Source: Bacilli bacterium (GTDB lineage Bacteria > Bacillota_I > Bacilli_A > RFN20 > CAG-826). From it: a stretch of DNA of 64,000 bases. Position numbers and translations under genes: made by a program. The DNA lies in assembly GCA_024409055.1 (NCBI GenBank), contig JAKSUL010000002.1, positions 20,217-84,216 of the forward strand, in the 5' to 3' direction. The notes under the pieces were generated by a model. It did no database searches. It saw nothing but the letters and a program-made list of their open reading frames with translations, and was not told the DNA's origin. This document shows, one piece after another, positions 19,464 through 29,341 of this stretch (position 1 is the stretch's first letter; every line of letters begins with the position of its first letter).

Positions 19464-19934
19464 CTAGAAAGATATAGGAGAAACTTCGGCAAGAGAAAAG
19501 ACGAAGTACGTGGATGCGAAACTCGTTTGATTTATTCCAAAATCGATATGATATTCGGTGTTTTGCAATAACTTAGAGTACCCGAAAAAGTAGACTTTAT
19601 AGTCTGTGTAGTATATTCCGCCGCCAGGATAAAATGCCGAGCTGTTGTTTTTGTTCGTGGCCTCAAGGTCGAAGCGGCAATATTCGACTTCTTGAATCTG
19701 ATAATGGAAAGCGACGTAATCGCCTTTGTTGCAGTGGAGGTCGGCATTAATGATCAAATAATCGCCATCACAAGACAAAGAATTAACCTTAACCGTGTTT
19801 TCGTCTTTGTCAGTGATGGTCTCCCCCACTCTAAATTCACTATGTGGATCGATCATCGAAAAACTCGTCTGGTTTCCGCAAGAAACTAGAAGTAGGCACG
19901 ATGATAAAGCTAAGAGCAGAGAACGTTTATTCAT
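19464..19934 (-). CDS. Hypothetical lipoprotein
   Basis: Signal peptide with lipobox LVS-C; no recognised domain. Confidence 0.7.
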   Translation of the reverse strand: MNKRSLLLALSSCLLLVSCGNQTSFSMIDPHSEFRVGETITDKDENTVKVNSLSCDGDYLIINADLHCNKGDYVAFHYQIQEVEYCRFDLEATNKNNSSAFYPGGGIYYTDYKVYFFGYSKLLQNTEYHIDFGINQTSFASTYFVFSLAEVSPISF

Positions 19935-19994
19935 AGCTAACGATTATAGAGCAAAAAGAAAGCCCCGACACTAGGAAGGGGCTTGTTTAACGAA

Positions 19995-21020
19995 TTAGTC
20001 TTCGTCAGAGCTGGCGGCTCCGCTTTCTTTTAAGGCGGCGCGGATATGGGTCATGACATCTTCCATGACCTCAGGATGCTCCTTGAGGTACATCTTGGAA
20101 GCCTCGCGGCCATTTCCGATCTTATCGCCGGCGATCTCGTACCAGTTGCCGGTCTTATGGATGAATCCGAGTTCTTCGCCGAGAGCGAGAACTTCGCCTT
20201 CCTTCGAGATGCCTTTACCATAGATGATTTCGATGACGGCACTCTTAAACGGAGCGGCGACCTTGTTTTTAACGAGTTTGACTTTGACGGTGTTTCCGAC
20301 AATCTCAGAACCGTTTTTGATAGCTTCAGCGCGGCGAATGTCGATACGGATAGAGGCGTAGAACTTCAAAGCGCGTCCACCGGTCGTGGTCTCTGGGTTG
20401 CCATAAACAACGCCGACCTTTTCACGAATCTGGTTGATGAAGATAACGACGCATCCGGTCTTATTGAGAATACCGGCAATCTTTCTCATGGCTTTGGACA
20501 TAAGTCTAGCCTGCAAGCCAACTTGGTTATCGGCCATGGTTCCATCGAGTTCGGCTTGTGGGACCAAAGCGGCGACAGAGTCGACGACGATGATATCGAT
20601 CGCTCCGCTTTGGGCGAGCATCTCGGTGATTTCCAAAGCCTGTTCGCCGGAATCAGGTTGAGAGAGAATAAGCTCATCAATATCGACGCCTAACTTAGCG
20701 GCATACTCCGGATCGATGGCGTGCTCAGCATCAACAAAGGCGGCACGTCCGTTCTTTTTTTGGCATTCGGCAATAGCGTGTAACGCCAAAGTGGTCTTAC
20801 CTGAAGATTCAGGTCCATAGATTTCGATGATTCTTCCTTTTGGATAACCGCCCACTCCTAAAGCCTGGTCGAGCAACATGGATCCGCTGGGGATAACATC
20901 CACATCGACGTGTTGCCTATCGCCAAGGCGCATAACCGAGCCCTTACCATAAGCCTTCTCGATGCTTTTGATCGCGTCATCGAGAGCTTTCTGCTTAACG
21001 TTGTCAATTTTTTCAGTCAT
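19995..21020 (-). CDS. recA: Recombinase RecA
   Basis: [36 protein letters not shown]; start reassigned to MTEKID. Confidence 0.99.
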   Translation of the reverse strand: MTEKIDNVKQKALDDAIKSIEKAYGKGSVMRLGDRQHVDVDVIPSGSMLLDQALGVGGYPKGRIIEIYGPESSGKTTLALHAIAECQKKNGRAAFVDAEHAIDPEYAAKLGVDIDELILSQPDSGEQALEITEMLAQSGAIDIIVVDSVAALVPQAELDGTMADNQVGLQARLMSKAMRKIAGILNKTGCVVIFINQIREKVGVVYGNPETTTGGRALKFYASIRIDIRRAEAIKNGSEIVGNTVKVKLVKNKVAAPFKSAVIEIIYGKGISKEGEVLALGEELGFIHKTGNWYEIAGDKIGNGREASKMYLKEHPEVMEDVMTHIRAALKESGAASSDED

Positions 21021-21079
21021 TCTTTGTGACCTCCTACTATTCAATTGCCCGTTTTTCACGAAAAGGGGCGAACAAGTTT

Positions 21080-21553
21080 TTAAATATTAGCCAAAGTTCC
21101 GATTATGGCTTCAGCCATCTGCTCGACAACTTTTTCTCTAATTTCGTTTCTTGATCCTTTGAGAGAAAGTTTAATGCACGTTTCATCTTTTGGCGAGGAG
21201 ATAGCAACATAGACGTCTCCGACTTCTCCATAACCCGGGCACGTGGTCGGGCCTGCGTTACCCGTACACGATACGCACACATCGACGTTCAATTTGTTTT
21301 TCCCGCCTCTAGCCATCTCTCGAGCGACTTGCTCGGACACGACGCCAAGTTCATCAATACTTTCTTTTTTGACGTTGGCGAGAGCTATTTTTTCGCGAGG
21401 ATCATACGTGACCAAAGAACCCATAAATACATGAGAGGCACCGGGAATCGAGCAAACAGTTGCGGCGAATAAGCCGCCCGTGAGCGATTCAACGGACCCA
21501 AGGCTCAAGCCTTTGGCCTCCATTGTTTTCAATAGTTCTTCGAAAGACGTCAT
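21080..21553 (-). CDS. CinA C-terminal domain protein (NMN deamidase PncC-like)
   Basis: [29 protein letters not shown]. Confidence 0.88.
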   Translation of the reverse strand: MTSFEELLKTMEAKGLSLGSVESLTGGLFAATVCSIPGASHVFMGSLVTYDPREKIALANVKKESIDELGVVSEQVAREMARGGKNKLNVDVCVSCTGNAGPTTCPGYGEVGDVYVAISSPKDETCIKLSLKGSRNEIREKVVEQMAEAIIGTLANI

Positions 21554-22194
21554 TTTGCTTTCTCTTCCTTAAGGACGTAAGCGTTCTGGACAATGTAGAC
21601 AACGCCGGAAATGATGCTCATCAACGTGGCAAGATAGACAAGGATCATAGACGGTTTGGCGTAAACCGGCCAGCTTGAGGAGAAATAAGAGAAAGGCCAA
21701 TCGTTAAGAAGAACAGCCGGAATAGCAATCATTTGGAAGATGGTTTTGAGCTTGCCGAAGATGTTGGCGGCTAAGACAACGTTCTTTGTCGCGGCAATCT
21801 GCCTAATCGCATCGATGATCAAATCGCGGATGATCATAACGATGACGCAGGCAACAGGAATCGTCTCTTGATTCGAGCTCCAAATGCAGGGAACCGAGAG
21901 GAGGATAAGCATGGAATTAACGAGCATCTTGTCGGCGATCGGATCTAAGAACTTTCCGAGGTTGGTGACCTCGTTGCGGCTCCTAGCGAGATATCCGTCG
22001 AGGGCATCGGTAGATGCGGCGATAACGAAGACGATAAGAGTGGCTAAATAAACCCAGTTTATCGGGGTAGATCCGACATACGCGCCAACCAATAGGCCGT
22101 TGTTGTTGGCGATGATCCCTAAAACGCCCAAAGCGATCAAAGTGAATGTGATGAGGACGATTCTAGCTGTCGTGATTTTCGTTGGAAGGTTCAT
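21550..22194 (-). CDS. pgsA: CDP-diacylglycerol--glycerol-3-phosphate 3-phosphatidyltransferase
   Basis: MNLPTKIT, TDALDGYLAR...GKFLDPIADK; start reassigned to 22194. Confidence 0.93.
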   Translation of the reverse strand: MNLPTKITTARIVLITFTLIALGVLGIIANNNGLLVGAYVGSTPINWVYLATLIVFVIAASTDALDGYLARSRNEVTNLGKFLDPIADKMLVNSMLILLSVPCIWSSNQETIPVACVIVMIIRDLIIDAIRQIAATKNVVLAANIFGKLKTIFQMIAIPAVLLNDWPFSYFSSSWPVYAKPSMILVYLATLMSIISGVVYIVQNAYVLKEEKAK

Positions 22195-22214
22195 GTTGTT
22201 CTCCTTTAATGAGT

Positions 22215-22545
22215 ATCCGACCCTGTAAGCCATGTTATGTCGAGGGCGACTATTTATCTCAGATTGCTCTGGCGTCTTTAGCTTCAATTCGCCTCGGACG
22301 CTTCCCCTACCAAATTTGGGTTTCTCGCTTGCGGGGTTTGCCTCGTTTCATCTTAACGTCGCCGTTAAGCTCGTCTCTGTGGCACCTTAGGGATTCCCGA
22401 CTCAAGAGTCGTTCCTCCGCCGTTACGCTCTCCAGCGTACCTAGGGTTATTTATTGCCCTAGCACAATCACTACGGCCATCGCAGGCCGTGCGAGCATGG
22501 ACTTTCCTCTACCTAACAAGTAGGCAGCGGTCGCCTGGGTCGGAT
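22215..22545 (-). ncRNA. rnpB: RNase P RNA (B-type)
   Basis: Minus strand carries GAGGAAAGTCCATGCT, AAACCCAAATTTGGTAGGGGAA and ACATAACATGGCTTAC; terminal ATCCGACCC/GGGTCGGAT P1 stem; follows gpsB/divIVA as in Bacillus. Confidence 0.95.
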
Positions 22546-22546
22546 G

Positions 22547-22915
22547 CTATTTGATTTTTGTTGGATCGACGCCGGTTAAATAGATGTAATGCTCGAGAAC
22601 GTTGATCCTTTGGATGTATTCCATATTCTCTTCATTAAGCTTGTCGCCGGGCTTGATTCCGCTCAGGCGCTTTTTCATCCTGGCGTTATCGATCTCCAAC
22701 TCTTGTTTCGAGTCTTGAACGCGTTTCAATTCTTCTTCAAGTCTCCTCACGTAATTCTTGGCTTCAGCAAGCTTCGAATCATAAGCCATATAATCGGCGC
22801 GAACTAAGTCGAGGAATTCGTCGACTTCGTCTGGATCATATCCTTTGACGTTCTTAGTGAACTGTTTTTCAAGGATCTTTTGGCTTGTTAAAGATAATTT
22901 GCTGTCCATAATCAC
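22547..22915 (-). CDS. DivIVA/GpsB family protein
   Basis: KQFTKNVKGYDPDEVDEFLD N-terminal motif followed by a coiled coil. Confidence 0.88.
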   Translation of the reverse strand: MIMDSKLSLTSQKILEKQFTKNVKGYDPDEVDEFLDLVRADYMAYDSKLAEAKNYVRRLEEELKRVQDSKQELEIDNARMKKRLSGIKPGDKLNEENMEYIQRINVLEHYIYLTGVDPTKIK

Positions 22916-23007
22916 GTGCCTTCAATTATATTGAAGTGACTTTCTTTATACAACGAAAGAACAAATCAAATCCCACTTAACGTCATAAAGGTGGGATAAT
23001 TTACCGC

Positions 23008-23733
23008 GTGAAAGAACTAGAAAAAGAATTAAGAGGCTACAAAATCTTGGTCTTCGTGGATCTTGAGGGAACTCAGTTTACCCACGAGATGATTGAGATT
23101 GGAGCCCACAAAGTCGTCATCAAAGACGATGGATCCATTAAACGTATTTGCCGTGGATATAAGGCATACGTAAAGCCGAAATCAAGAATAGGAAAGGTCG
23201 TAACCGACTTAACCGGCATAACCGAAGACTTGATCAAAAAGGAAGGCGTTCCTTATCGAGTCGCTCTCCAAGGTTTGCAAAAATATTTAGGCAAAGACTG
23301 GAATAAATGCCTCTTTGTTGTTTTTGGCAATTTTGACGCCAAAATCTTCCAAGCTTCTTCAGAACACAATATGGACGCTTCCAAAGAAGATACTAGATAC
23401 GTCGTCCACCACATTTTCGATTACAGCAGTTTCATTTCTAGATACGTTAAGGACGAACATGGAAATCCATATTCCCTTAGCAACTATCTCACCCTATTTA
23501 ACGTCAAATTCAAAGGGCAGAAACACGACGCTTTAGCGGACGCCTATAACCTTGCCCTCTTATACAAAGCCTTCCTTGAAAACAAAGACATAGTCGCCAA
23601 CGAATACAAGAAAGTTTTGTATAGAAATAGCCACACGGCCTCGCCAGTTCAAAACGTAATCCGCCAGCTTTCCGAAGGCAAAACGGTTACTCCGGAAAGC
23701 TTTGATAAAGCTATAAGGGAATCGCTTGAATGA
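23008..23733 (+). CDS. DEDDh 3'-5' exonuclease (KapD/DnaQ-like)
   Basis: VDLEGT, EIGA, LTGIT, HDALADA. Confidence 0.8.
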   Translation: MKELEKELRGYKILVFVDLEGTQFTHEMIEIGAHKVVIKDDGSIKRICRGYKAYVKPKSRIGKVVTDLTGITEDLIKKEGVPYRVALQGLQKYLGKDWNKCLFVVFGNFDAKIFQASSEHNMDASKEDTRYVVHHIFDYSSFISRYVKDEHGNPYSLSNYLTLFNVKFKGQKHDALADAYNLALLYKAFLENKDIVANEYKKVLYRNSHTASPVQNVIRQLSEGKTVTPESFDKAIRESLE

Positions 23734-24317
23734 CCTTTAATTACCCCAAAGGAATAAAGAAGATAGAGGGACCAAAAAAGAGAAAGGCCCCCACTCTTTC
23801 GACATCCGCCGCGAACCGTGGCATGGGTTTTGAGCAGGACATCAACGACACGAACTCTTACTATCTCGAAAAAGGGATGGCTCTTATATACAAAAGGCCG
23901 ACCCCAATCAACGTCGTCAAGGTGGATTACACCAAAGGCGCCAAGATCACACACGCTTATTACGAACAGCAAAGTACAACCGACTATAACGGCGTATACA
24001 AGGGACGTTACGTTGATTTTGAAGCTAAATCATCTAAGAACAAAACGTCTTTCCCTATGGGTAATATCGCCCCTCAGCAAATCGTTCATCTCAAAAGAGT
24101 TATCGAACATGGCGGCATCGCTTTTTTCCTGATCAATATGTACGCCGCCGAAGAAACCTATCTTCTAAAGGCGGACTTCATCATTGATTTCTATGAGCAT
24201 GGAGACAGGAAAAGCATCCCGCTAGAAGACATAAGAAAAAACGGATACCTCGTCAAAGAAGGCATCCGTCCTCGTTTCGATTATCTACCTTTGCTAGACG
24301 AGATCTTTTTGAAGTAA
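23730..24317 (+). CDS. recU: Holliday junction resolvase RecU
   Basis: NRGMGFE, KRPTPI, STTDYNGVY.G.YVDFEAK. Confidence 0.95.
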   Translation: MTFNYPKGIKKIEGPKKRKAPTLSTSAANRGMGFEQDINDTNSYYLEKGMALIYKRPTPINVVKVDYTKGAKITHAYYEQQSTTDYNGVYKGRYVDFEAKSSKNKTSFPMGNIAPQQIVHLKRVIEHGGIAFFLINMYAAEETYLLKADFIIDFYEHGDRKSIPLEDIRKNGYLVKEGIRPRFDYLPLLDEIFLK

Positions 24318-24925
24318 GGACAATCTTTCTTCAAAGAGCATCCATCGCATTCAGGGTTCTTAGCATGGCATACTAAACGGCCAAACCATATCATTTGATG
24401 ATGGAATTTGATCTGACGGTCCTTCGGGACCTTTTTTTCTAATTTCTTCTCGATTTCAATCGGTTCATCGTTAGCTTTTGCTAAACCCAATCTTTTCGAG
24501 ACGCGAGAAACATGGGTGTCTACCGCGATGGCGGGTCTATTGGCACATTCGGCCAAAACGACATTGGCTGTTTTTATGCCAACGCCAGGAAGGGCTGTTA
24601 ATTTTTTTATATCAAGAGGGACTTCTCCTCCATATTTATCAGTTATTTCCTTGGCCAAAGCGATGAGATTCTTCGCCTTGTTCCTGTATAAGCCTATTGA
24701 ACGTATTACGTCTCCAACTTCCTCAAATGAGGCTTCGGCCATCTCCGTTGGAGTCGGATATTTTGAAAAGAGAGTAGGCGTGACTAAGTTTACGGCCTTA
24801 TCCGTTGTTTGCGCGCTGAGCATAACGGCACACAAACATTCAAAGGGCGAAGAAAAAACCAAAGCGCATTTCGCATCGGGCATGAATTCATCTAAAGATG
24901 TAAGAAGTTTATCTATCTGGATCAT
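24281..24925 (-). CDS. nth: Endonuclease III
   Basis: LSAQTTD, LPGVGIKTA HhH, VDTHV, C-x6-C-x2-C-x5-C Fe-S motif; start reassigned to MIQIDK. Confidence 0.95.
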   Translation of the reverse strand: MIQIDKLLTSLDEFMPDAKCALVFSSPFECLCAVMLSAQTTDKAVNLVTPTLFSKYPTPTEMAEASFEEVGDVIRSIGLYRNKAKNLIALAKEITDKYGGEVPLDIKKLTALPGVGIKTANVVLAECANRPAIAVDTHVSRVSKRLGLAKANDEPIEIEKKLEKKVPKDRQIKFHHQMIWFGRLVCHAKNPECDGCSLKKDCPYFKKISSSKGR

Positions 24926-25583
24926 CGTCGACCCAACGAATTTTCGCCAAAGCGATCGTTTCCTCGATATTTTTGTTCCAGTCCTCGTCGGTGACGCCAG
25001 TGACACCGGCCTTGCGGACATCTTCTCTAGCCCTATTCGAGCGAAGGACTTTATCCACGGATTTTAGGCTCTTCTTATTAGCAGCTAAGCAGTCTTCCAA
25101 AGCGTCTTTTATCTGGGTGGTTGTATAACCGTCATCGAGCCAAGTCGAAATAAGATCCATCTCAATTGGAGAAAGGGTTCTGTTCCTTCTTTTCTCGAAA
25201 ATCGCATATAGGGTATTAAGGTTTTGGTTTCTTTCGGCGCTCTGGAGGTTCGCTCTATCCTTCGCCAAATCAGCGGCAAACTGCTCACGTAGTTTGTTTT
25301 TGAGAGGTTCTAGCGATGTCCTCATTCCGCCAATGGCGAGTTCTTCGTATTCGATGAAGCCCTTCTTCAAAAGCGAAACAAGAATCTTATCTATCTGGGC
25401 GGTTTTATAATTCATCTTCAAAGCCAAAAGATCAGCGGTAACCAAGTCGTTATCCTGCCTTAAAAGATGGTCAACCATCATGATGACGGATAACTCTTCT
25501 TCGCTGATTTTTAGTTTTTTATAGTCGTCGAGAAGAATGTAACGGAAATCGACGTTTTCCAAAGCTTTTGTCGCGTAGCTCAT
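24909..25583 (-). CDS. dnaD: DnaD family replication protein
   Basis: N-terminal wHTH, FEKRRNRTLSPIE DnaB_2-like domain; dnaD-nth synteny. Confidence 0.8.
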   Translation of the reverse strand: MSYATKALENVDFRYILLDDYKKLKISEEELSVIMMVDHLLRQDNDLVTADLLALKMNYKTAQIDKILVSLLKKGFIEYEELAIGGMRTSLEPLKNKLREQFAADLAKDRANLQSAERNQNLNTLYAIFEKRRNRTLSPIEMDLISTWLDDGYTTTQIKDALEDCLAANKKSLKSVDKVLRSNRAREDVRKAGVTGVTDEDWNKNIEETIALAKIRWVDDDPDR

Positions 25584-25602
25584 ATCTTTATTTTACCTCT
25601 CC

Positions 25603-26202
25603 TCATTCTTTTAGAAGTTCCATCTTCACTTTATCAGGGTTTAATTTCTCAAGAAGACCTCTTTTTTCTTCTATCGCTTTTTCCGTTTCCTTTTCCATTT
25701 GGAAACCTAGACGTTTTGCGAATCTTTCGGCCCTAATGATTCTTAGTGGGTCTTCCTCGATTCTTTTATAGGGATCGCCGATGAAGCGAATAACTTTTTT
25801 GTTTAAGTCTTCGATCCCATTTACGAGGTCATAAACCTTGCCCTCAATATCGATATATAGAGCATTGACCGTAAAGTCTCTTCTGACTACGTCTTTGCTC
25901 ATATCCTTAACGAAACGAATATATCCAGGGTGGCGGAAATCTTTATAATCCCCTTCTTCGCGGAAAGTGGTTATATCCACCTCTACCCCATCGTTAAACA
26001 CTTTAACGGATCCAAATTTAGCAAACGTATAATCGGCATCTTTCAAAAAGGCTTTTTCTTCCTCTGGCGTCGCATCGGTCACAAAGTCGAAATCGGAAGG
26101 TTCGATGCTTAAAAGATAATCCCTGGAAGTTCCGCCAATCATATATAAGTGATATCCGTTGGCGGCGAACAAAGATGCATACTCTTTGAAAATGCGATAC
26201 AT
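25603..26202 (-). CDS. cca: Short class II tRNA nucleotidyltransferase (CCA-adding family), head/neck only
   Basis: GGTSRD, DFD, ITTFR, RRDFTVNAL and EDPLR motifs; only 199 aa. Confidence 0.8.
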   Translation of the reverse strand: MYRIFKEYASLFAANGYHLYMIGGTSRDYLLSIEPSDFDFVTDATPEEEKAFLKDADYTFAKFGSVKVFNDGVEVDITTFREEGDYKDFRHPGYIRFVKDMSKDVVRRDFTVNALYIDIEGKVYDLVNGIEDLNKKVIRFIGDPYKRIEEDPLRIIRAERFAKRLGFQMEKETEKAIEEKRGLLEKLNPDKVKMELLKE

Positions 26203-26277
26203 GGCTCTAGTGTATCACTAGAAACGACAAGGAAAAAGAAAAGCCCTGGAATACCAGGGCATCACTTGGCAATTGAA

Positions 26278-26550
26278 TTAGCCGAGTTTTTCTTTGAGGT
26301 TCTTAGAAGGTTTGAAGGTGACGGTGCTAGCGGCCGGGATAACGATCTCTTCCTGAGTGGAAGGATTGGTTCCTTTGCGGGCGGCGCGCTCCTTCTTGTT
26401 GAAGATTCCGAAACCGGAGATTTTGACTTCTTCCCCTTTGACGAGGCATTTCTCCATCTCCTCGAAAACGGCGTTCACAAGGAGTTCGGCTTCTTTTTTG
26501 GCGAAACCAGCTTTTTCACCAACGGCGACAATAAGTTCGGCTTTGTTCAT
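26278..26550 (-). CDS. hup: DNA-binding protein HU
   Basis: MNKAELI, ISGFGIF, RKGTNPST; start reassigned to 26550. Confidence 0.95.
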   Translation of the reverse strand: MNKAELIVAVGEKAGFAKKEAELLVNAVFEEMEKCLVKGEEVKISGFGIFNKKERAARKGTNPSTQEEIVIPAASTVTFKPSKNLKEKLG

Positions 26551-26654
26551 ATTATGTCCTCTCAATATTTCCAAAAAATTAACATAAAAGGGCTTTCATT
26601 ATCAAGTTTTATTTAAAAATCGTTATAAATTTTGGGAATAATGTAAAACTAGGT

Positions 26655-27959
26655 TTATTTTCTTTCTCTGTAGATTATTTGAATAGGAGACCCTGCAAAA
26701 TCGAAGGTTTCACGGAGCCTATTCTCCAAATAACGAGTATAAGAGAAGTGGGCGAATTCCGGATTATTGCAGAAAATAACGAATGAAGGCGGGTTCACAG
26801 CGACCTGAGAAGCAAAGTAGATTTTCAAGCGTCCATGGTTGAATTCAGGCGTCGGGTTCATGGACTGAGCATCCAAAATAACCTTATTCAAAACGGAAGT
26901 CGGAACGCGGCGATTGTAAGAATCATACGCTTCGGCAATAGCCGGGAACAAACCGTCGATGTTTTTACCATCTTTTGCCGAGACGAAGACGATCGTCGCA
27001 TAGTCCAAGAACTTGAACTTCTCTTTGATTTTCTTAACGAAGGATTCTTGGGTTTCGCCTTTTTCGTGAAGATCCCATTTATTGACGACAATGACGACGG
27101 CTTTATGCGAATCCATGGCATAGCCAACGACGTGCCTGTCCTGATCGATTATGCCTTGTCCAGCGTCGATTACCAAAATAGCAACTTGGCTTCTATCAAT
27201 GGCGGCCAAGGCCCTTAAAGCGGCGTATTTATCAATAGCTTCGTAAATACGTCCTTTTTTGACCAATCCGGCCGTATCGATGATGACATAGTTTCTATCG
27301 TCTTTGGTGAAGGAAGTATCGATGGAGTCACGGGTTGTTCCGGCGATATCGCTGACGATGACGCGATCATCGCCAAGTATCCTGTTCGTAATAGAAGATT
27401 TTCCGACATTCGGACGGCCGATCAAACAGAAGGTTGTGGCAGCGCCGTAAACGTTATCTTCCTTTTCAGGAAGCATGGAGATGATTTTGTCGAGAAGGTC
27501 ACCGATTCCGATACCGTGCGATCCAGAAACCGCCATCGGTTCGCCTAATCCAAGGGCGTAGAAATCGCTGATGTTTGAGATTTCTTCGATATTGTCGATT
27601 TTGTTAACGGCCAACAAAACAGGCTTATTGGACTTATAAAGAATTTTCGCCACTTGCTGGTCGTCGCCAGAAAGACCGGTTTTGCCATCCACAACGAAAA
27701 CAATGACATCAGCCTCATCTATAGCGAGCTGAGCCTGGGCCCTGATTTGGGTTTGGAACGGTTTGTTAAGTATTTCAATACCGCCAGTATCGACAAGGCG
27801 GAATTTCTTCGTGAGCCACTCGGCATCCCCGTAGATTCTATCTCTGGTGACGCCTGGGGTATCTTCGACGATGGAACGGCGCGAGCCGACCATACGGTTA
27901 AAGATCGTGGATTTGCCAACATTAGGGGCTCCGACAAGAGCGACTAATCCTAGCGACAT
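26655..27959 (-). CDS. der: Ribosome biogenesis GTPase Der (EngA)
   Basis: Two G domains: GAPNVGKS and GRPNVGKS. Confidence 0.97.
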   Translation of the reverse strand: MSLGLVALVGAPNVGKSTIFNRMVGSRRSIVEDTPGVTRDRIYGDAEWLTKKFRLVDTGGIEILNKPFQTQIRAQAQLAIDEADVIVFVVDGKTGLSGDDQQVAKILYKSNKPVLLAVNKIDNIEEISNISDFYALGLGEPMAVSGSHGIGIGDLLDKIISMLPEKEDNVYGAATTFCLIGRPNVGKSSITNRILGDDRVIVSDIAGTTRDSIDTSFTKDDRNYVIIDTAGLVKKGRIYEAIDKYAALRALAAIDRSQVAILVIDAGQGIIDQDRHVVGYAMDSHKAVVIVVNKWDLHEKGETQESFVKKIKEKFKFLDYATIVFVSAKDGKNIDGLFPAIAEAYDSYNRRVPTSVLNKVILDAQSMNPTPEFNHGRLKIYFASQVAVNPPSFVIFCNNPEFAHFSYTRYLENRLRETFDFAGSPIQIIYRERK

Positions 27960-28636
27960 AAAGGTTTGACCCCCGTTTTTTCTTCAATTGTTTTTAAAAC
28001 CGCATCGACAACTTCCTGAACAGTCATGTCAGAAGTATCGAGTTGAACACTGTCCTCGGCCGGTTTTAGCGGGGCGAAAGCGCGGTGTGAGTCGATGTAG
28101 TCTCTTTTCTTAAGATCGGCTACGACATCTTCATAAGAAGTCGGGATTCCTTTTGAAACATTCTCGTCATAACGTCTTTGGGCACGAGTTTCGACGGAGG
28201 CGATTTGGTAAATTTTGACCTCGGCATTCGGAAGAACATAAGTTCCGATGTCACGTCCATCCATAACGACCGATTTGGTTCCGGCCATCTTGCGCTGAAG
28301 GTCGACAAGAGCAAGCCTGATTTCCTTATAGGAAGCGATATAGGAAACGTTTCCAGAGACAAGAGGCTCACGGATAGGGCGCGTGACATCTTCGCCATTT
28401 ACGAAGACTTTGCCATCTTTTTCCAAAACGATATCAACTTCCGGGATGAGGGAGCAGCTAGCGGCTTCGTCTTTTGGATCAACGCCTTTTTTGATGACGT
28501 AGTATGTGAAGGCACGGTACATAGCGCCGGTATCGATGTAGGTGAAATCCAAATCCTTAGCGACGATTTTGGCGACGGTGGATTTTCCAGCGGCGGCAGG
28601 TCCGTCGATTGCGACAGATACGATCTTCTTTTCCAT
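27950..28636 (-). CDS. cmk: Cytidylate kinase
   Basis: AIDGPAAAGKST, DTGAMYR, MDGRDIGT. Confidence 0.96.
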   Translation of the reverse strand: MEKKIVSVAIDGPAAAGKSTVAKIVAKDLDFTYIDTGAMYRAFTYYVIKKGVDPKDEAASCSLIPEVDIVLEKDGKVFVNGEDVTRPIREPLVSGNVSYIASYKEIRLALVDLQRKMAGTKSVVMDGRDIGTYVLPNAEVKIYQIASVETRAQRRYDENVSKGIPTSYEDVVADLKKRDYIDSHRAFAPLKPAEDSVQLDTSDMTVQEVVDAVLKTIEEKTGVKPLCR

Positions 28637-28639
28637 TTT

Positions 28640-28972
28640 TTATCTCCCTCTTTGAATGAGCACGAACCAAACAACCAAAGCCGCCACAACAACTAAGAAA
28701 CTAGCGATCTTGACGATGAAGATGCGACGTTTTCTCGACACATACCTTTCGTATGGGGTTTTAGAGTCTTCGACTTGTTCCTTCGCGGTTTCAAGTGGCG
28801 CAAGAATCGAGCCATAAGATATTGCTTTCGAGGAAGATTCAACGTTTTTGAGGACATCCTTATCTTCCTTGGTGGAATACCATTGGGTCTGTTCGGAGGA
28901 GGAGAAGGCAGAATCCGGGGTAAGTTTAATTTCTTCCCTGTATTTTCTAAATTTCTCTTTCCTAGTTTCCAT
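28640..28972 (-). CDS. Hypothetical protein with a C-terminal membrane anchor
   Basis: METRKEKFRKYREEI start; single C-terminal TM; coupled to cmk. Confidence 0.6.
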   Translation of the reverse strand: METRKEKFRKYREEIKLTPDSAFSSSEQTQWYSTKEDKDVLKNVESSSKAISYGSILAPLETAKEQVEDSKTPYERYVSRKRRIFIVKIASFLVVVAALVVWFVLIQRGR

Positions 28973-29107
28973 GCTGACCGCTCAATATGATAACTAAAAG
29001 GAACCCTTTTGAGAATTGCCTAAGGCAAAAGATTATGATTTTCAGTTTTATGGTTGTTTGAAATAAATATCAAACTTATAATCGATTGCGATAAGGAGGA
29101 TCTACCT

Positions 29108-29293
29108 ATGGCCAAGAAACTCAAAGTCAACGAAGAAGCCTGCATCGGATGCGGTCTCTGCGTTGGAACTCTCCCGGATGTCTTCGCTTTCAACGATGAT
29201 GGCAAAGCCACCGCCGTTGCTGCCGCTGAGGATGATGGCGCCGCTGCTGAAGCCGTTGCCAACTGCCCGGTCGGTGCTATCGAAGAGGAATAA
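29108..29293 (+). CDS. Ferredoxin (single-cluster type)
   Basis: CIGCGLC...CP; SD AAGGAGG before ATG at 29108. Confidence 0.9.
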   Translation: MAKKLKVNEEACIGCGLCVGTLPDVFAFNDDGKATAVAAAEDDGAAAEAVANCPVGAIEEE

Positions 29294-29341
29294 TCTAGGT
29301 TCTTCCAGAAAAAAAGAAAAGCGGCTTAACGGCCGCTTTTT

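Noticed and set aside
21060-21082. LexA (Cheo) box upstream of recA
   Set aside because: CGAACAAGTTTT does not fit GAAC-N4-GTTC spacing on either strand
29020-29262. 80-aa Ala-rich minus-strand ORF with CxxC-free low complexity
   Set aside because: Antisense shadow of the ferredoxin gene
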